In this document: positions 30,159-39,858 of the stretch, in pieces
Layout of the letters: every line of letters starts with the position of its first letter
How positions within the stretch are numbered: position 1 is the first letter of the stretch
Source: Candidatus Micrarchaeota archaeon
Lineage (GTDB): Archaea > B1Sed10-29 > B47-G15
DNA: 64,000 nucleotides
Assembly: GCA_003660975.1 (NCBI GenBank)
Contig: QMVG01000004.1
Span: 12,595 to 76,594, forward strand
Direction: 5' to 3'
Position numbers and translations under genes: made by a program
Notes under the pieces: generated by a model
Seen by the model: the letters and a program-made list of their open reading frames with translations, nothing else
What the model was told of the DNA's origin: nothing
Databases searched by the model: none

Positions 30159-30610
30159 TTTTCCTCCTCCTTTTCAGAACTCGCTATTAGCCTCACATTT
30201 GAAGCATCAACCGTTATTGGGATAGGCACAGCTGCTTCTATTATCTCAACAGTAACTTTTTCCTTTCCTTCATCAACGCGTATTACCTTTGCCTTTTCAC
30301 CTTTGAAAGCGCCTGATGTTAGTTCTACAATGTCTCCCCTTTCAATGCCTTTGGTAAGTGATTTTGTTTCAAAGAAATGCTCTAATTCCTCTGACTTTAT
30401 TGCTCCTGCGATTACCCCCTTTATGTGAGGCACCCTGTATGTCAATTTTCTGACCTCTGCTTCATTGGCAGCCTCGACAATTATATATCCCCTAAGGCCG
30501 TCTATAATGCTTATTGAGTAAATGTCCTCCTTTTCCTTTTTCATCTTCGTTTTTAGCGCTTCTGCTACTACCTTCTCCTGCCCTATTGTTACTCTAACAC
30601 CAAATAACAT
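30155..30610 (-). CDS. spt5: transcription elongation factor Spt5 (NusG)
   Basis: NGN domain plus KOW motif GDIVELTSGAFKGEKAKVIRVD. GAGGAG lies upstream of the ATG at 30610, 11 nt after the secE stop. Confidence 0.85.
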   Translation of the reverse strand: MLFGVRVTIGQEKVVAEALKTKMKKEKEDIYSISIIDGLRGYIIVEAANEAEVRKLTYRVPHIKGVIAGAIKSEELEHFFETKSLTKGIERGDIVELTSGAFKGEKAKVIRVDEGKEKVTVEIIEAAVPIPITVDASNVRLIASSEKEEEK

Positions 30611-30620
30611 GGCTCTCCTC

Positions 30621-30809
30621 TCACATGAATACTTTAATGGACTGTATGATGTACCCAATTATTCCCAGAAGGATTATTCCAAGACCCGTTACCTTGGCTA
30701 CAAACCAGTACTCCTCTTTCTTTGGTTTTTTTAGCAATCTCAATAATCTAAGCACATCATTGATGAAAGCTTTTACCTTAAAACTAAAACGAGACGCGCT
30801 AAATTTCAT
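30621..30809 (-). CDS. secE: preprotein translocase subunit SecE (Sec61-gamma)
   Basis: 62 aa with a single C-terminal TM (KPKKEEYWFVAKVTGLGIILLGIIGYII). Conserved position upstream of spt5. Confidence 0.8.
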   Translation of the reverse strand: MKFSASRFSFKVKAFINDVLRLLRLLKKPKKEEYWFVAKVTGLGIILLGIIGYIIQSIKVFM

Positions 30810-30815
30810 CTGCTA

Positions 30816-31967
30816 TCACTTTTTGATGTATTTTATATCTAAGTCAGGCCCTTCTCCTTCTGCATAGTTTGCTTCTAAGTAAGGAATATGCCCTCCGGAT
30901 ATTAATATCATTGCTTGTATGCTGTTTTTAGGTAGTTCTTCGTTTATCATTGCCCCCCAAATTATGTGCGCATTTTTGTGTATCTTGCTGGCAACAGCTT
31001 CACAGATGATTTCAGCTTCTTTCAATGTCATGTCAGGGCCACCAACAACGTTGACCAATGCCCTTTTTGCCTCTGAGATATCCACATCAAGCAGCGGAGA
31101 GTTCAAAGCCTCCTCTACTGCCTCCAAAGCTCTTGCCTCACCTGTGCTGCCGCTCTCTGATTCTCCAAGGCCTATCATAGCTGCACCGCCGTTTGAGAGT
31201 ATTGTCCTCACATCTGCAAAGTCAAGGTTCACAAGACCTGGCTTTGTTATCATTTCTGTTATCCCCTTAACTGCGTTTGTTAGCACCTCATCCGCTACCT
31301 TGAAAGCAGCGTTCAGTGGAAGCTCTGGCACTATTTCAAGTAATTTGTCATTAGGGATTACTATAACTGTGTCTGCCTCTTTCTTCAAGCTCTGCAGGCC
31401 CTCAAGTGCGTTTTCCATCCTCTGTCTTCCCTCAACAGAGAATGGAAGCGTGACAACACCAACCGTTAAGGCACCGTTTTCCTTTGCTATTTGCGCAATC
31501 ACAGGAGCGCTTCCTGTGCCAGTTCCGCCTCCTAGACCGCATGTGATAAACACCATATTGCTTCCTCTGACTATCTCCTCTATATCCTCTGTGCTCTCCT
31601 TAGCAGCTGCCTCTCCTATCTGTGGATCGCTGCCAGCTCCCAAGCCCTTTGTCAACTGCTTTCCTATTAACAGTTTTTTGTCAGCTTTTGTTATTAGCAA
31701 GTGCTGTGCATCAGTGTTTACAGCAATAAGTTCAGCGCCTTGTATGCCTACCTCGCTCATCCGCTGCAGCGTGTTGTTTCCAGAACCGCCAGTTCCTATC
31801 ACCTTTATTTTTGCCTGGCCTTCCTTAAGCATTTCCATTAGCTCTTCATCAGTCATTATGCCTTTCTTTCCTTTTAGGTTTATGAAGCCTGCATCACTAT
31901 TGGTTTTCTTTATTTGCTTTTTTTCTTTGCTCATGTTTTCGAGTGATTTCTTTACTATGGTCTTCAA
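30816..31967 (-). CDS. ftsZ: cell division GTPase FtsZ (paralog B)
   Basis: GTGGSGNNTLQRM and GLGGGTGTGSAPVIA signatures. Heads the ftsZ-secE-spt5-rpl11 block. Confidence 0.95.
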   Translation of the reverse strand: MKTIVKKSLENMSKEKKQIKKTNSDAGFINLKGKKGIMTDEELMEMLKEGQAKIKVIGTGGSGNNTLQRMSEVGIQGAELIAVNTDAQHLLITKADKKLLIGKQLTKGLGAGSDPQIGEAAAKESTEDIEEIVRGSNMVFITCGLGGGTGTGSAPVIAQIAKENGALTVGVVTLPFSVEGRQRMENALEGLQSLKKEADTVIVIPNDKLLEIVPELPLNAAFKVADEVLTNAVKGITEMITKPGLVNLDFADVRTILSNGGAAMIGLGESESGSTGEARALEAVEEALNSPLLDVDISEAKRALVNVVGGPDMTLKEAEIICEAVASKIHKNAHIIWGAMINEELPKNSIQAMILISGGHIPYLEANYAEGEGPDLDIKYIKK

Positions 31968-32094
31968 ACAAAAGCCCCCTAAAATTTAGTAAAAACGCTG
32001 CTTATTATGTAATTTTTATAGTATATAAATACTACGCTGTTCTAAAGAGCAACGTTTAAAATAATATGTGCAGAAAGATATAAATATATATGAA

Positions 32095-32176
32095 GCTGGA
32101 GTGGCAGAGTGGCAATGCGCTGGTCTCGAAAACCAGTGCCCTTCGGGGCTTGTGGGTTCGAATCCCACCTCCAGCG
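32095..32176 (+). tRNA. tRNA-Ser (anticodon CGA)
   Basis: GCTGGAG acceptor pairs with CTCCAGC. Anticodon arm CTGGT-CTCGAAA-ACCAG, long variable arm GCCC-TTCG-GGGC, T arm GTGGG-TTCGAAT-CCCAC, discriminator G. Confidence 0.9.
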
Positions 32177-32178
32177 CT

Positions 32179-33030
32179 ATGCGCAGAAAACACTCGCTCA
32201 GAAGAGCAGAACTCTTTGAGGAGCTGCAGGCAATCAAGAAGCTGAAAAAGATAGAAGATGCTGAGAGAAAAAAGGCAAAGTCAGAGTGGAGAAAAAAGTG
32301 GGACAGAAAATCAAGAGGCAAGAAGAAAAAGATATTTGTTCTCGTTTTCCCGCTGATGCACTCTGGGAAGCACAGCAGGGCTGAAAGAGATTGGATGAGA
32401 AAAGTCTATGAGAGCGATGTCAAAAAAGTGCTTAATGACAAGAATGCGCGTTTGCTGCTTTTAGTTGAACCAGAAAACTTGAAGCAGTTTTCTGGCAAAA
32501 GCAAGCGAATGCTTTTGGAATTAGAAAAAGAAGGGAGGTTATTTTTCCTGCGTGAACCGCTGCCAAAAGATTTGATGGAGGGGGACAGGAAGCTGATAGT
32601 TAGGGGCGAAAGGGCAGATTTATGCGCACCAAACATTGCAGGGCACTTGACCAGGAGGCTTGGTCTTAAGCTGGAGGATGTCAGGATAGAATTGGAAGAC
32701 AGCTTCCTATTTGACGAGTCAAGGAAAGACCACAAGGTAACTATTGACTCAGATACTGCTCTCTCATCCTTTTTAGAGGGTTACAGGCCAGGTAAATATA
32801 TCTTTGGGTATAATGAGGAAAAGGACAAAGCATTATATGCTGCTCATTATGACAAGAGGGCAAAGAGGAGGTTTTTGAGATTTAACTTTGTTTTAAGGGA
32901 AGAGCTTGACAAGGACGTTAAGGAATTAAGGCCACTGTGGCGCAAGATTTTTAAGTTGTCAAAAGAGAAGAAGCGCTTGAAAATGGAAGAGCATAAAGAA
33001 AAGCTCTGGGAAGCAAGCGAGAAGCAATAA
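32179..33030 (+). CDS. hypothetical basic protein
   Basis: The ORF-track ORF starts inside tRNA-Ser. The first ATG after the tRNA is 32179, and the true start may be later still. No recognised domain. Confidence 0.45.
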   Translation: MRRKHSLRRAELFEELQAIKKLKKIEDAERKKAKSEWRKKWDRKSRGKKKKIFVLVFPLMHSGKHSRAERDWMRKVYESDVKKVLNDKNARLLLLVEPENLKQFSGKSKRMLLELEKEGRLFFLREPLPKDLMEGDRKLIVRGERADLCAPNIAGHLTRRLGLKLEDVRIELEDSFLFDESRKDHKVTIDSDTALSSFLEGYRPGKYIFGYNEEKDKALYAAHYDKRAKRRFLRFNFVLREELDKDVKELRPLWRKIFKLSKEKKRLKMEEHKEKLWEASEKQ

Positions 33031-33064
33031 TCATATTAAAGTAGAAGGCTTTTTAGAATGGGGT

Positions 33065-33637
33065 GTGTCTGTGGGCAGGGTTCTAGAGCTGGGAATCTTT
33101 GCAATAGTTGTGGTGGTGGTTGCGCTCTTCACTTCATTTGTATTTATAACCATGCCTGAGAAAAATGTCAGCAGCTCTGGCAGGACTCTTTACATGTCTC
33201 CATATAAGTACAGCATAAATTACCCAAAGCGCTGGCAAGTGGTAAACAAATCCCTTGCTAATTTGACAGGAGGAGAAATAGAACTGCTTCTGGCCCCAAA
33301 AAACAGCTCCAATATCTTTCTCTGCCTGTTCAGGCCAAAAGCAGCAAACGGCGTTAAAGCAGTTGAATACCTGATGGGCTTCGAGAAGGAGAGATATAAG
33401 GCAGACCCCTTTTTTACTGCAATGATATACAAGAGCCTTTTCTCTGAAGACGAGGAAGCTGAGGAGATGTTCTACAAGACATATTCCACTGCTTTATCAA
33501 CAGACATATATCACAAAAAGGTGGTGATAATAAAAAATGATACGCTTTATGAAATGGAATATTTTGCCCCTTCTGACAAGTATAGGTTATTTGAGACGGA
33601 TGCCGATTCTATCTTCACCTCCTTTAAAAAGGAATAA
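33065..33637 (+). CDS. hypothetical protein with N-terminal TM anchor
   Basis: 190 aa with the N-terminal hydrophobic helix LELGIFAIVVVVVALFTSFVFI. Confidence 0.5.
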   Translation: MSVGRVLELGIFAIVVVVVALFTSFVFITMPEKNVSSSGRTLYMSPYKYSINYPKRWQVVNKSLANLTGGEIELLLAPKNSSNIFLCLFRPKAANGVKAVEYLMGFEKERYKADPFFTAMIYKSLFSEDEEAEEMFYKTYSTALSTDIYHKKVVIIKNDTLYEMEYFAPSDKYRLFETDADSIFTSFKKE

Positions 33638-33698
33638 GCTTTTCACTAAATAGTGTAAGATATCGCAAAAAAGCGACAATCATTAAATTTTTATAAGA

Positions 33699-33868
33699 GC
33701 TTGCACAGAAGTATTAACGCGGAGGATGGCGGCGCGTCCAGCGTCAACCATCGTGCCTAGCGCACCACGGGTTCCCGGTAGTAGCTCGCCTTGTGCAGCG
33801 AAGCGGGATAAGAATTTCTCCGAGAAGGAGAAATCACCCGTGCTCGCCCTTTCTTTTTTGTTTTTGTT
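33699..33868. ncRNA. unassigned GC-rich structured element (candidate small RNA)
   Basis: GC-rich island between two convergent genes. A closing helix is formed by GCTTGCACAG (33699..) and CTTGTGCAGCGAAGC (..33804). Internal hairpins are GGATGG-C-GGCGC-GTCCA-GCGTC-AA-CCATC and GTGC-CTAGC-GCAC. A further hairpin ATTTCTCC-GAGA-AGGAGAAAT (about 33815..33835) is followed by the T-tract 33850..33868. Strand and identity are unknown. Confidence 0.3.
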
Positions 33869-33885
33869 GCTCTGTCTTAGGCCTT

Positions 33886-35547
33886 TCACTTGTTTCTTGC
33901 TTGAAGGCAGGCTTTCACGAAAGCATCAAAAATAGGGCTTGGTTTTAAAGGCCTGCTCGTGAACTCTGGATGAAATTGAGTTGCTAAGAAAAAGGGATGG
34001 TCAGTCCTTTCCAAAATTTGCATAATCCTTTTTCCAGGAGCATAACCTGAGAATATTAATCCTTTTTCCTGCAGCCTATCTACAAAGTCAGGATTGCATT
34101 CGTACCTATGCCTAAACCTTTCCCTCACCTTTTCCTTTTTGTATATCTCGTATGCTTTTGTCCCTTTTTCTATTATCACATCTTGACCGCCCAGCCTCAT
34201 AGTTCCTCCTGCGTCTTTTATTCTCTTTTGCTCAGGCAATAAGTCAATGACAGGAAACTCTGTATAAGGATCTACTTCTGTTGTATGCGCTGATTTCATT
34301 CCTAATAAATGCCTTGCATGTTCTATGACTGCCATTTGAAAGCCATAACATAGGCCCAAAAATGGGATTTTCTTCTCTCTCGCGTGCTTCACTGCCTCTA
34401 TCTTTCCCTCAACGCCTCTTGAGCCAAATCCACCAGGCACTATCAAACCATCTACGCCTTCTAACTGTTTTTCAACCCCCTCAACCTGCGTTGTCTCAAT
34501 CCACTTAAGCCTAACCTTGCAGTTATTCTTGGCAGATGCATGGCTTAGCGCTTCTATTATGCTTGCGTATGAATCATGGAGCTGCGTGTATTTCCCTGCC
34601 ATGCCAACTGTTACTTCTTTACCTGCATTTACTATTTTGCTGACAAAGTTACGCCACGCTTCTAGGTCTATTTTTTTCGTTTTTAATCCAAAGTGCTGCA
34701 ACACTATTTCATCAACATTTTGGCTTTTTAGGTTCAAGACCAATTCATATATTGTCTTCACATTGTGCGCATCTATCACGTTTTTCAGAGGCACATTGGC
34801 TGCAATGCTTATTTTCTGCTTGACCTTTTCCTCTATTATGTCCTCTGCCCTGCACACTATTATATTTGGCCTCAATCCCATCCCCATAAGCGTCCTTATG
34901 CCCAGCTGCGCTGCTTTGCTTTTCTGCTCCCCCAGGGTTGAGGGTTTCATGATATAAACCAGTGCAACTACCATTATGTTTTCCATGCCTTCCTCGTACT
35001 GCATTTGCCTTATAGCTTCTATAAAGTAAGAGTTTTCAATGTCTCCTATTGTTCCACCAACCTCAACCATCACTATGTCAGCATCTGTTTTCATGCCCAA
35101 GTCCCTAAGCAGGTATTTTATTTCACCTGTCACGTGCGGTATGAACTGGACATCTCTTCCAAGGTACTCCCCTTTTCTCTCTTTTTCCAATATCTTCTTG
35201 AACAGCTTTCCAGCTGTCAGGTAATTTATTGAAGACAGGTTTTCGTCCAGGAATCTCTCATAAGTTCCTAAGTCCATATCGCACTCTGTTCCGTCATCAA
35301 GGACAAAAACCTCCCCGTGCCTGAAAGGATTCAGCGTTCCTGCGTCTACATTCAAATAGCCGTCAAACTTTATGGGGCTCACCTTGAAGCCGTTCTCTTT
35401 CAGCAATCTCGCGAGAGCAGCCATAGCTACGCCCTTGCCAAGACCAGAGATAACAGTGCCAACAAAGACGATGTATTTTATCTTGCCTGGCTTGTAGCCT
35501 TTTGGGGCAGAGGTAAAAAACTCGCCACCAGACCTGTTTGCAAACAT
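33886..35547 (-). CDS. pyrG: CTP synthase
   Basis: GTVISGLGKGVAMAAL, DVQFIPHVTGEIK, the GATase nucleophile in LGLCYGFQ, and FHPEF. Start moved to the internal ATG at 35547 (MFANRSGG...). The 84-codon hydrophobic N-terminal extension of the ORF-track ORF overlaps the divergent gene and looks spurious. Confidence 0.9.
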   Translation of the reverse strand: MFANRSGGEFFTSAPKGYKPGKIKYIVFVGTVISGLGKGVAMAALARLLKENGFKVSPIKFDGYLNVDAGTLNPFRHGEVFVLDDGTECDMDLGTYERFLDENLSSINYLTAGKLFKKILEKERKGEYLGRDVQFIPHVTGEIKYLLRDLGMKTDADIVMVEVGGTIGDIENSYFIEAIRQMQYEEGMENIMVVALVYIMKPSTLGEQKSKAAQLGIRTLMGMGLRPNIIVCRAEDIIEEKVKQKISIAANVPLKNVIDAHNVKTIYELVLNLKSQNVDEIVLQHFGLKTKKIDLEAWRNFVSKIVNAGKEVTVGMAGKYTQLHDSYASIIEALSHASAKNNCKVRLKWIETTQVEGVEKQLEGVDGLIVPGGFGSRGVEGKIEAVKHAREKKIPFLGLCYGFQMAVIEHARHLLGMKSAHTTEVDPYTEFPVIDLLPEQKRIKDAGGTMRLGGQDVIIEKGTKAYEIYKKEKVRERFRHRYECNPDFVDRLQEKGLIFSGYAPGKRIMQILERTDHPFFLATQFHPEFTSRPLKPSPIFDAFVKACLQARNK

Positions 35548-35658
35548 GTCAAAATAGTTTCTGCTCACCTTACCACCCTGCCTGACGCAGTAATAAAGAG
35601 CTTTCATTTTAATAAAGCTTACTACAAGCTTTAATATCTTGAAAATACTAATAATAGC

Positions 35659-36369
35659 ATGGCAAATCTGCTCGATTTTTTTGAAGACTATGAAAGGAAA
35701 TACAGGGACAAAGGCATGAAGGACTTTCACAAGTTGAAGGCAGTTTATGACAAGAGCAGTGAAAAAAAAGATTACTCTGAGATGGAGTTTCAGCTTCACT
35801 GCATCATGAAGTTCTGCGAGGCCTTTAAGCCAAAGGCCATGCAGGTAAGCATAGAGGAGAGCTATATCCTACCAAAGGAGCTTGAGTTTAACCCAACACT
35901 TTCTTGGCCAAACATAGAGATGAAGGACTATCTGGGAAGAGAGTATAGTATATGGTACAAGCCAAGGATATACGCCCCTTCACAGGACGGCGTAAGGGAG
36001 CTGCTGCCTGATTTTATAGTTATGAGAGGCCATTACGACTCTCCTTACAAGCTGGACCCTGCTTTTCTTGACAAGATAAAGAAAGAGCCTTTTCTAAACA
36101 AGGTTTTGCTGAGGGAGTTCAGCCTTGGCCTTCTGGCAAGGCTGAGGCCTGTCCAGTTCCTAATAATTGCCAGGAGGAAGATTATGAAGTCATACATAAA
36201 CGAGATAAAGCATATGCAGTTTTACCTGAAGCCGAGCAAGACACTTGTTATATCGCAGTCCACACTGGACAATGAGATAAAGCTAAACCTTCCTGTTGGG
36301 GCTCAGTTCATAGAGAATGTTGATATAAATCTTTCAAAGGTTTCAGATGAAATAAAAAAGATGATTTAG
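35659..36369 (+). CDS. hypothetical protein
   Basis: 236-aa ORF. The LLPDFIVMRG segment is faintly reminiscent of PD-(D/E)xK nucleases, but this is not supported further. Confidence 0.5.
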   Translation: MANLLDFFEDYERKYRDKGMKDFHKLKAVYDKSSEKKDYSEMEFQLHCIMKFCEAFKPKAMQVSIEESYILPKELEFNPTLSWPNIEMKDYLGREYSIWYKPRIYAPSQDGVRELLPDFIVMRGHYDSPYKLDPAFLDKIKKEPFLNKVLLREFSLGLLARLRPVQFLIIARRKIMKSYINEIKHMQFYLKPSKTLVISQSTLDNEIKLNLPVGAQFIENVDINLSKVSDEIKKMI

Positions 36370-37076
36370 CCCTGAATGAATTCCTTCTCCAACCTGTTTC
36401 TTATCTCGTCAAGGGAGAGTATTGTGGAGACAATAGGGATTTTTTCTATTTCACTTATCTTTAACGCGAGCTTGTCAATGTCAAGAAGGTTGTGCATTAC
36501 CACTAAGTTTGGCTTTAGCTTGGTTACTCTTATTGCCACCATTGGGCTTCTGCCCATTGAAACATGCGTGAATATCAGAGCTCTCTGGGTGGTAGCTCCG
36601 TATATCTTTATGAAATCGTCAGCAGGTATCTCTAACATTGCGCGCACTGAATCTATTATCGTATAACCGTAAAGCTTTCCTGCCTCAATAAGCTCTTTAT
36701 TCGTGATCACCTTTGCCTCTATCTTCTTGCAGAACTCCTTGCTGCTTATGGGCTTTCCAAATTCGATGACTTCAAATATCTTATCCATGTCCTTATTTAC
36801 CTGCAGTTTTTTCAGCACCCATCCTCCTTTTCTCTGGTCTATCTCGCATATTGCCCTCGTAAATCTCTTTACGATATTTACCCCTGGGCTTTTTCTTCTG
36901 TTTGCCTCGTAATCGCTTATGGTAGAAGGCGTGACCTTTAGGTATCTGGCCAGTTCTGTTTGGGTTATTCCAAAAATCTCTCTCCATTTCTTTAAGCTTG
37001 CCCCTGGGTTATCGCTTAATGCTATTTCCCCTGCTATTTTTTCCATTAGTTCCTTCATCATAAGGTATTTGTGCAA
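36366..37076 (-). CDS. XRE-family HTH transcriptional regulator with C-terminal domain
   Basis: LKKWREIFGITQTELARYLKVTPSTISDYEANRRKS is a Cro/C1-type HTH. Confidence 0.7.
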   Translation of the reverse strand: MHKYLMMKELMEKIAGEIALSDNPGASLKKWREIFGITQTELARYLKVTPSTISDYEANRRKSPGVNIVKRFTRAICEIDQRKGGWVLKKLQVNKDMDKIFEVIEFGKPISSKEFCKKIEAKVITNKELIEAGKLYGYTIIDSVRAMLEIPADDFIKIYGATTQRALIFTHVSMGRSPMVAIRVTKLKPNLVVMHNLLDIDKLALKISEIEKIPIVSTILSLDEIRNRLEKEFIQG

Positions 37077-37111
37077 TTAACTTTAAAAACTTAACGATTG
37101 TCGTAATAATT

Positions 37112-38245
37112 TTAGTCAGACCACGTTGAGCCCTCTAGGTACGCTCTAGTGCTGTCGTTTGTTGATGGGTAATGCCTTTGCAGCGTGAAGAGCACCGAGC
37201 CTTTTTTCTCCACGATTTCCTTCACAGTTACTCTTGCTCCCAGGTGGTTTAGGTGCTCTACAAAAGCCTCTCCAAAAGCCCTGTCAGGCACCACTATCTC
37301 AAATTCCTCAACAGCTTCCTTTCCATTGTCAATATCCCTTATTGTCTCTATAATTGGCTTCAATATGCTTCTTCCAAGCTCTGAGGATGCTTTTTCAATG
37401 TCTAATTCTCTTTCATAGCACTGAAAAGCTTCTCTTATAAGCCTTCTGAAAAAGAAGGCCTGCCCGTAGTCCGACCAGAATTTAAATGCATATCTTAAAT
37501 CATTGTTGGTGCTTTTATTGCCAGTGTATTTCAGCACAGTTTTCATGTCCAGGGACTTTATAACAATGCCTTCCCTGCTTTCCTGCTCCAGCTTTTCAAT
37601 AATTTTCATCACCTTTTCGCTATCATCTGCTGAAAATTCCCCCAATTCCCTAACAGAAGGCAGGTGATATTCGCTTAGGAGCTTTCTCTTTTCCTCTATA
37701 GTCAATGGCAAAGCGTCTCTTTTTCTCCTTATGTCAAAAACATAATAACCAAAATCTTTTGATTCAGGATATCCTTTCTCCTGGTAGGGGTTCCTGAGAC
37801 CTATAACCTCACCGCACAACATCAGTTCTTCATGCTCATCAAAAAAGCTGTTGCTTCCAATAATCTTTTCTATTCTATATGTGGTGTATGGGCATACTAT
37901 GCCTCCTCTTGTTACTGCCACTAAATTGCCCCAGACCTTGGCAACCCTGACGTTATAGCCGTCTAGCTTCTCCTCAACTACAAAGCGTGAGCTTAGATTT
38001 TTCTTAATGCCTTGCTTCAGCATGAGTATTCTTTTTATCTTCGGGTAGCCAGCCATTAATTCCGTTTGATCTCCTTTCAGGAAAACAACGGTTCCCTTCT
38101 CAAAGCCCAGCTCTTTGTGCCTAAACCTGTAATAGGGATAAAGAAAACTGCCAACCTTGTGAATGCTGTCTTTATCAACAGCTTTTTTGAATGCTTCCTT
38201 TTTGACGCCCAGGGCCCTTGCAACTAGCGATAGCTCTTCTTCCAT
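37112..38245 (-). CDS. ATP-dependent RNA ligase (archaeal Pab1020/Rnl3-like)
   Basis: Nucleotidyl-transferase motif I in VVEEKLDGYNVRVAK. About 380 aa, typical of the archaeal RNA ligase family as I recall it. Confidence 0.7.
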   Translation of the reverse strand: MEEELSLVARALGVKKEAFKKAVDKDSIHKVGSFLYPYYRFRHKELGFEKGTVVFLKGDQTELMAGYPKIKRILMLKQGIKKNLSSRFVVEEKLDGYNVRVAKVWGNLVAVTRGGIVCPYTTYRIEKIIGSNSFFDEHEELMLCGEVIGLRNPYQEKGYPESKDFGYYVFDIRRKRDALPLTIEEKRKLLSEYHLPSVRELGEFSADDSEKVMKIIEKLEQESREGIVIKSLDMKTVLKYTGNKSTNNDLRYAFKFWSDYGQAFFFRRLIREAFQCYERELDIEKASSELGRSILKPIIETIRDIDNGKEAVEEFEIVVPDRAFGEAFVEHLNHLGARVTVKEIVEKKGSVLFTLQRHYPSTNDSTRAYLEGSTWSD

Positions 38246-38412
38246 CTTTTACCTCCCCTAGATGCACATAAACTGCACAGCCCTGTTTTGCTGTCGTAAT
38301 GCTCAGCGCAAACCCTTGCTCCACAGCGCCAGCAAGTATATAAAGTTAGAGATGGCTTATTACATATACTGCAAATGCCCACAAGGCCATCCATGGTGTT
38401 ATTAGTGTCCAT
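38224..38412 (-). CDS. small zinc-ribbon protein
   Basis: 62 aa with CSICNK...CWRCG...CAEH...CSLC cysteine pairs. Overlaps the RNA ligase start. Confidence 0.5.
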   Translation of the reverse strand: MDTNNTMDGLVGICSICNKPSLTLYTCWRCGARVCAEHYDSKTGLCSLCASRGGKRWKKSYR

Positions 38413-39460
38413 GTCCTATAAAATATTGAGCATAAAGGGAATAGATATAGAGCTGCACCTGTTTTTCATAATATTCATTTTGAGCCTTCTTATCTTAGAC
38501 CCACTTACATCCTTTTTTCTGATAATTATTTTCGTTTTTGTTGCTTTGCATGAGTTAAGCCACTCTTTAGTTGCCATGAGAAATGGGATAAAGGTTAAGA
38601 AAATAGTTCTCCTGCCCATAGGCGGAGTTGCCATGATAGACAATGTGGAGATGAAGCCCCTTTCTGAAATAAAGATGGCATTGGCAGGGCCGCTCTTTAA
38701 TTTTCTGGTTGTTTATCTGCTCTTATTCCTTGCCTATATCTTCCAGCTGCCTCTTGTTGAGTGGATAAAAGCTTTTTCATCAGGAAACATTTCCCTGCTC
38801 CAGATGTTATATGTCTATGTTTTGTATGCTAACCTAATACTTGGCGCTTTTAACCTCTTTGTGCCTGCATTTCCCCTTGATGGCGGGAGGATACTAAGGG
38901 CAGTTTTGGCATTGAAAATGGATTACTTGAAGGCCACTGATTACGCGAGAAAGATAAGCCTTATAATAGCTGCTATAATGTTTGTTCTGGCCTTCCACTT
39001 TGGAGACCTTTGGATAATGATAATAACCTTTTTCATAGCTCTTGGTGCAGTCGGAGAGTATGAGGCAACGCTTATTCAGCACTCCTTGAAAAGCAGGAAA
39101 GTTTCAGAGCTGCTGACTAGTGATTTTATCTTGTTGAAAGCGTCAGACCCTGTAGCCACTGCTCTTTATTACATGATAATGAGAGACAAGAAGAGCTGCC
39201 TTGTCAGGTATTACAACAGGTTTTTTGTGCTTGAGATAAAGGATGTGCTTAGGGTTCCAAGAAGCAGGTGGCTCTCAACAGCTGTTGTGAACGTGGCAAA
39301 GCCTGCATTTATTTTGTACGAAAAAAGCAGTTTTGAGGAGTCATTGAGGCATTTCAAGAAAACAGGGCTCTCTATGTTGCCTGTTCTTAGGGATGATGGA
39401 AGCTTGTCTGCACTTTATTTTAGTGACTTACAGTCGTCTCTGGAGAAGGTGAAGGGATGA
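38411..39460 (+). CDS. site-2 protease family (M50) metalloprotease with C-terminal CBS-like region
   Basis: HELSHSLVAM (HExxH) and FPLDGGRILRA motifs, with a soluble C-terminal ~130 aa. Start set at ATG 38411. Confidence 0.8.
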   Translation: MSYKILSIKGIDIELHLFFIIFILSLLILDPLTSFFLIIIFVFVALHELSHSLVAMRNGIKVKKIVLLPIGGVAMIDNVEMKPLSEIKMALAGPLFNFLVVYLLLFLAYIFQLPLVEWIKAFSSGNISLLQMLYVYVLYANLILGAFNLFVPAFPLDGGRILRAVLALKMDYLKATDYARKISLIIAAIMFVLAFHFGDLWIMIITFFIALGAVGEYEATLIQHSLKSRKVSELLTSDFILLKASDPVATALYYMIMRDKKSCLVRYYNRFFVLEIKDVLRVPRSRWLSTAVVNVAKPAFILYEKSSFEESLRHFKKTGLSMLPVLRDDGSLSALYFSDLQSSLEKVKG

Positions 39461-39858
39461 GCTCAAAATTCAGCTTTGAATATGCACCAGATGTTCAGGT
39501 CTTGGTTGAAAGGCTGATAAGGGTTTTGGAGCTTGACTACATAAAAAAGGAAAATGTTATTTGCATGAGGTCTTATGGAAGCACAGCAAATGCCTATGCG
39601 AGGATATGGGAGCTGCCCTCTATATGGCAAAAGGCCCTCAACATAGAGCCTCATTACGTCATAGAGGTCTTGTCTCAGCACTACGACAAGCTGCCACAGG
39701 AGGAAAAAGAAAAAACTTTAATACACGAACTGCTTCATATTCCGAAAAGCTTCAGCGGTGCTACTGTCCCCCACAAGAACTTTGACAGGCGGATAGACGC
39801 GAGGACTGTTAACAGGCTTTACAAGAGATACAAGGAGAGGTTGATGGATTATGGATGA
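39457..39858 (+). CDS. predicted zinc metallopeptidase (HExxH, SprT-like)
   Basis: LIHELLHIPKSF motif in a 133-aa protein. 4-nt overlap with the upstream gene. Confidence 0.55.
   Translation: MSSKFSFEYAPDVQVLVERLIRVLELDYIKKENVICMRSYGSTANAYARIWELPSIWQKALNIEPHYVIEVLSQHYDKLPQEEKEKTLIHELLHIPKSFSGATVPHKNFDRRIDARTVNRLYKRYKERLMDYG

Noticed and set aside
30919-31989. 356-aa ORF antisense to ftsZ paralog B, and the many other long antisense ORFs (for example 835..1248, 23925..24524, 16775..17335).
   Set aside because: They are Ser/Phe/Leu-rich shadow ORFs opposite strongly supported genes with clear family motifs.
33699-33804. 5S rRNA assignment for the GC-rich element (the minus strand has CCGGGAACCCGUGG and GAUGGU reminiscent of 5S loop C / helix IV).
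   Set aside because: It is only about 106 nt. It folds into a closing helix with three hairpins rather than the 5S three-way junction with two arms. The loop C (CCCGAAC..GAAGUUAAGC) and loop E consensus are absent.
33683-33935. ORFs 33683..33889 (-) and 33726..33935 (+).
   Set aside because: They lie within the GC-rich structured element and overlap the pyrG 3' end. Their composition is Ala/Arg/Pro/Ser-rich, typical of GC-driven noise.
35548-35799. 84-codon N-terminal extension of the pyrG ORF.
   Set aside because: It is hydrophobic junk with no similarity to CTP synthase N-termini. It overlaps the divergent gene starting at 35659, and the conserved KYIVFVGTVISGLGKG begins shortly after the internal Met.
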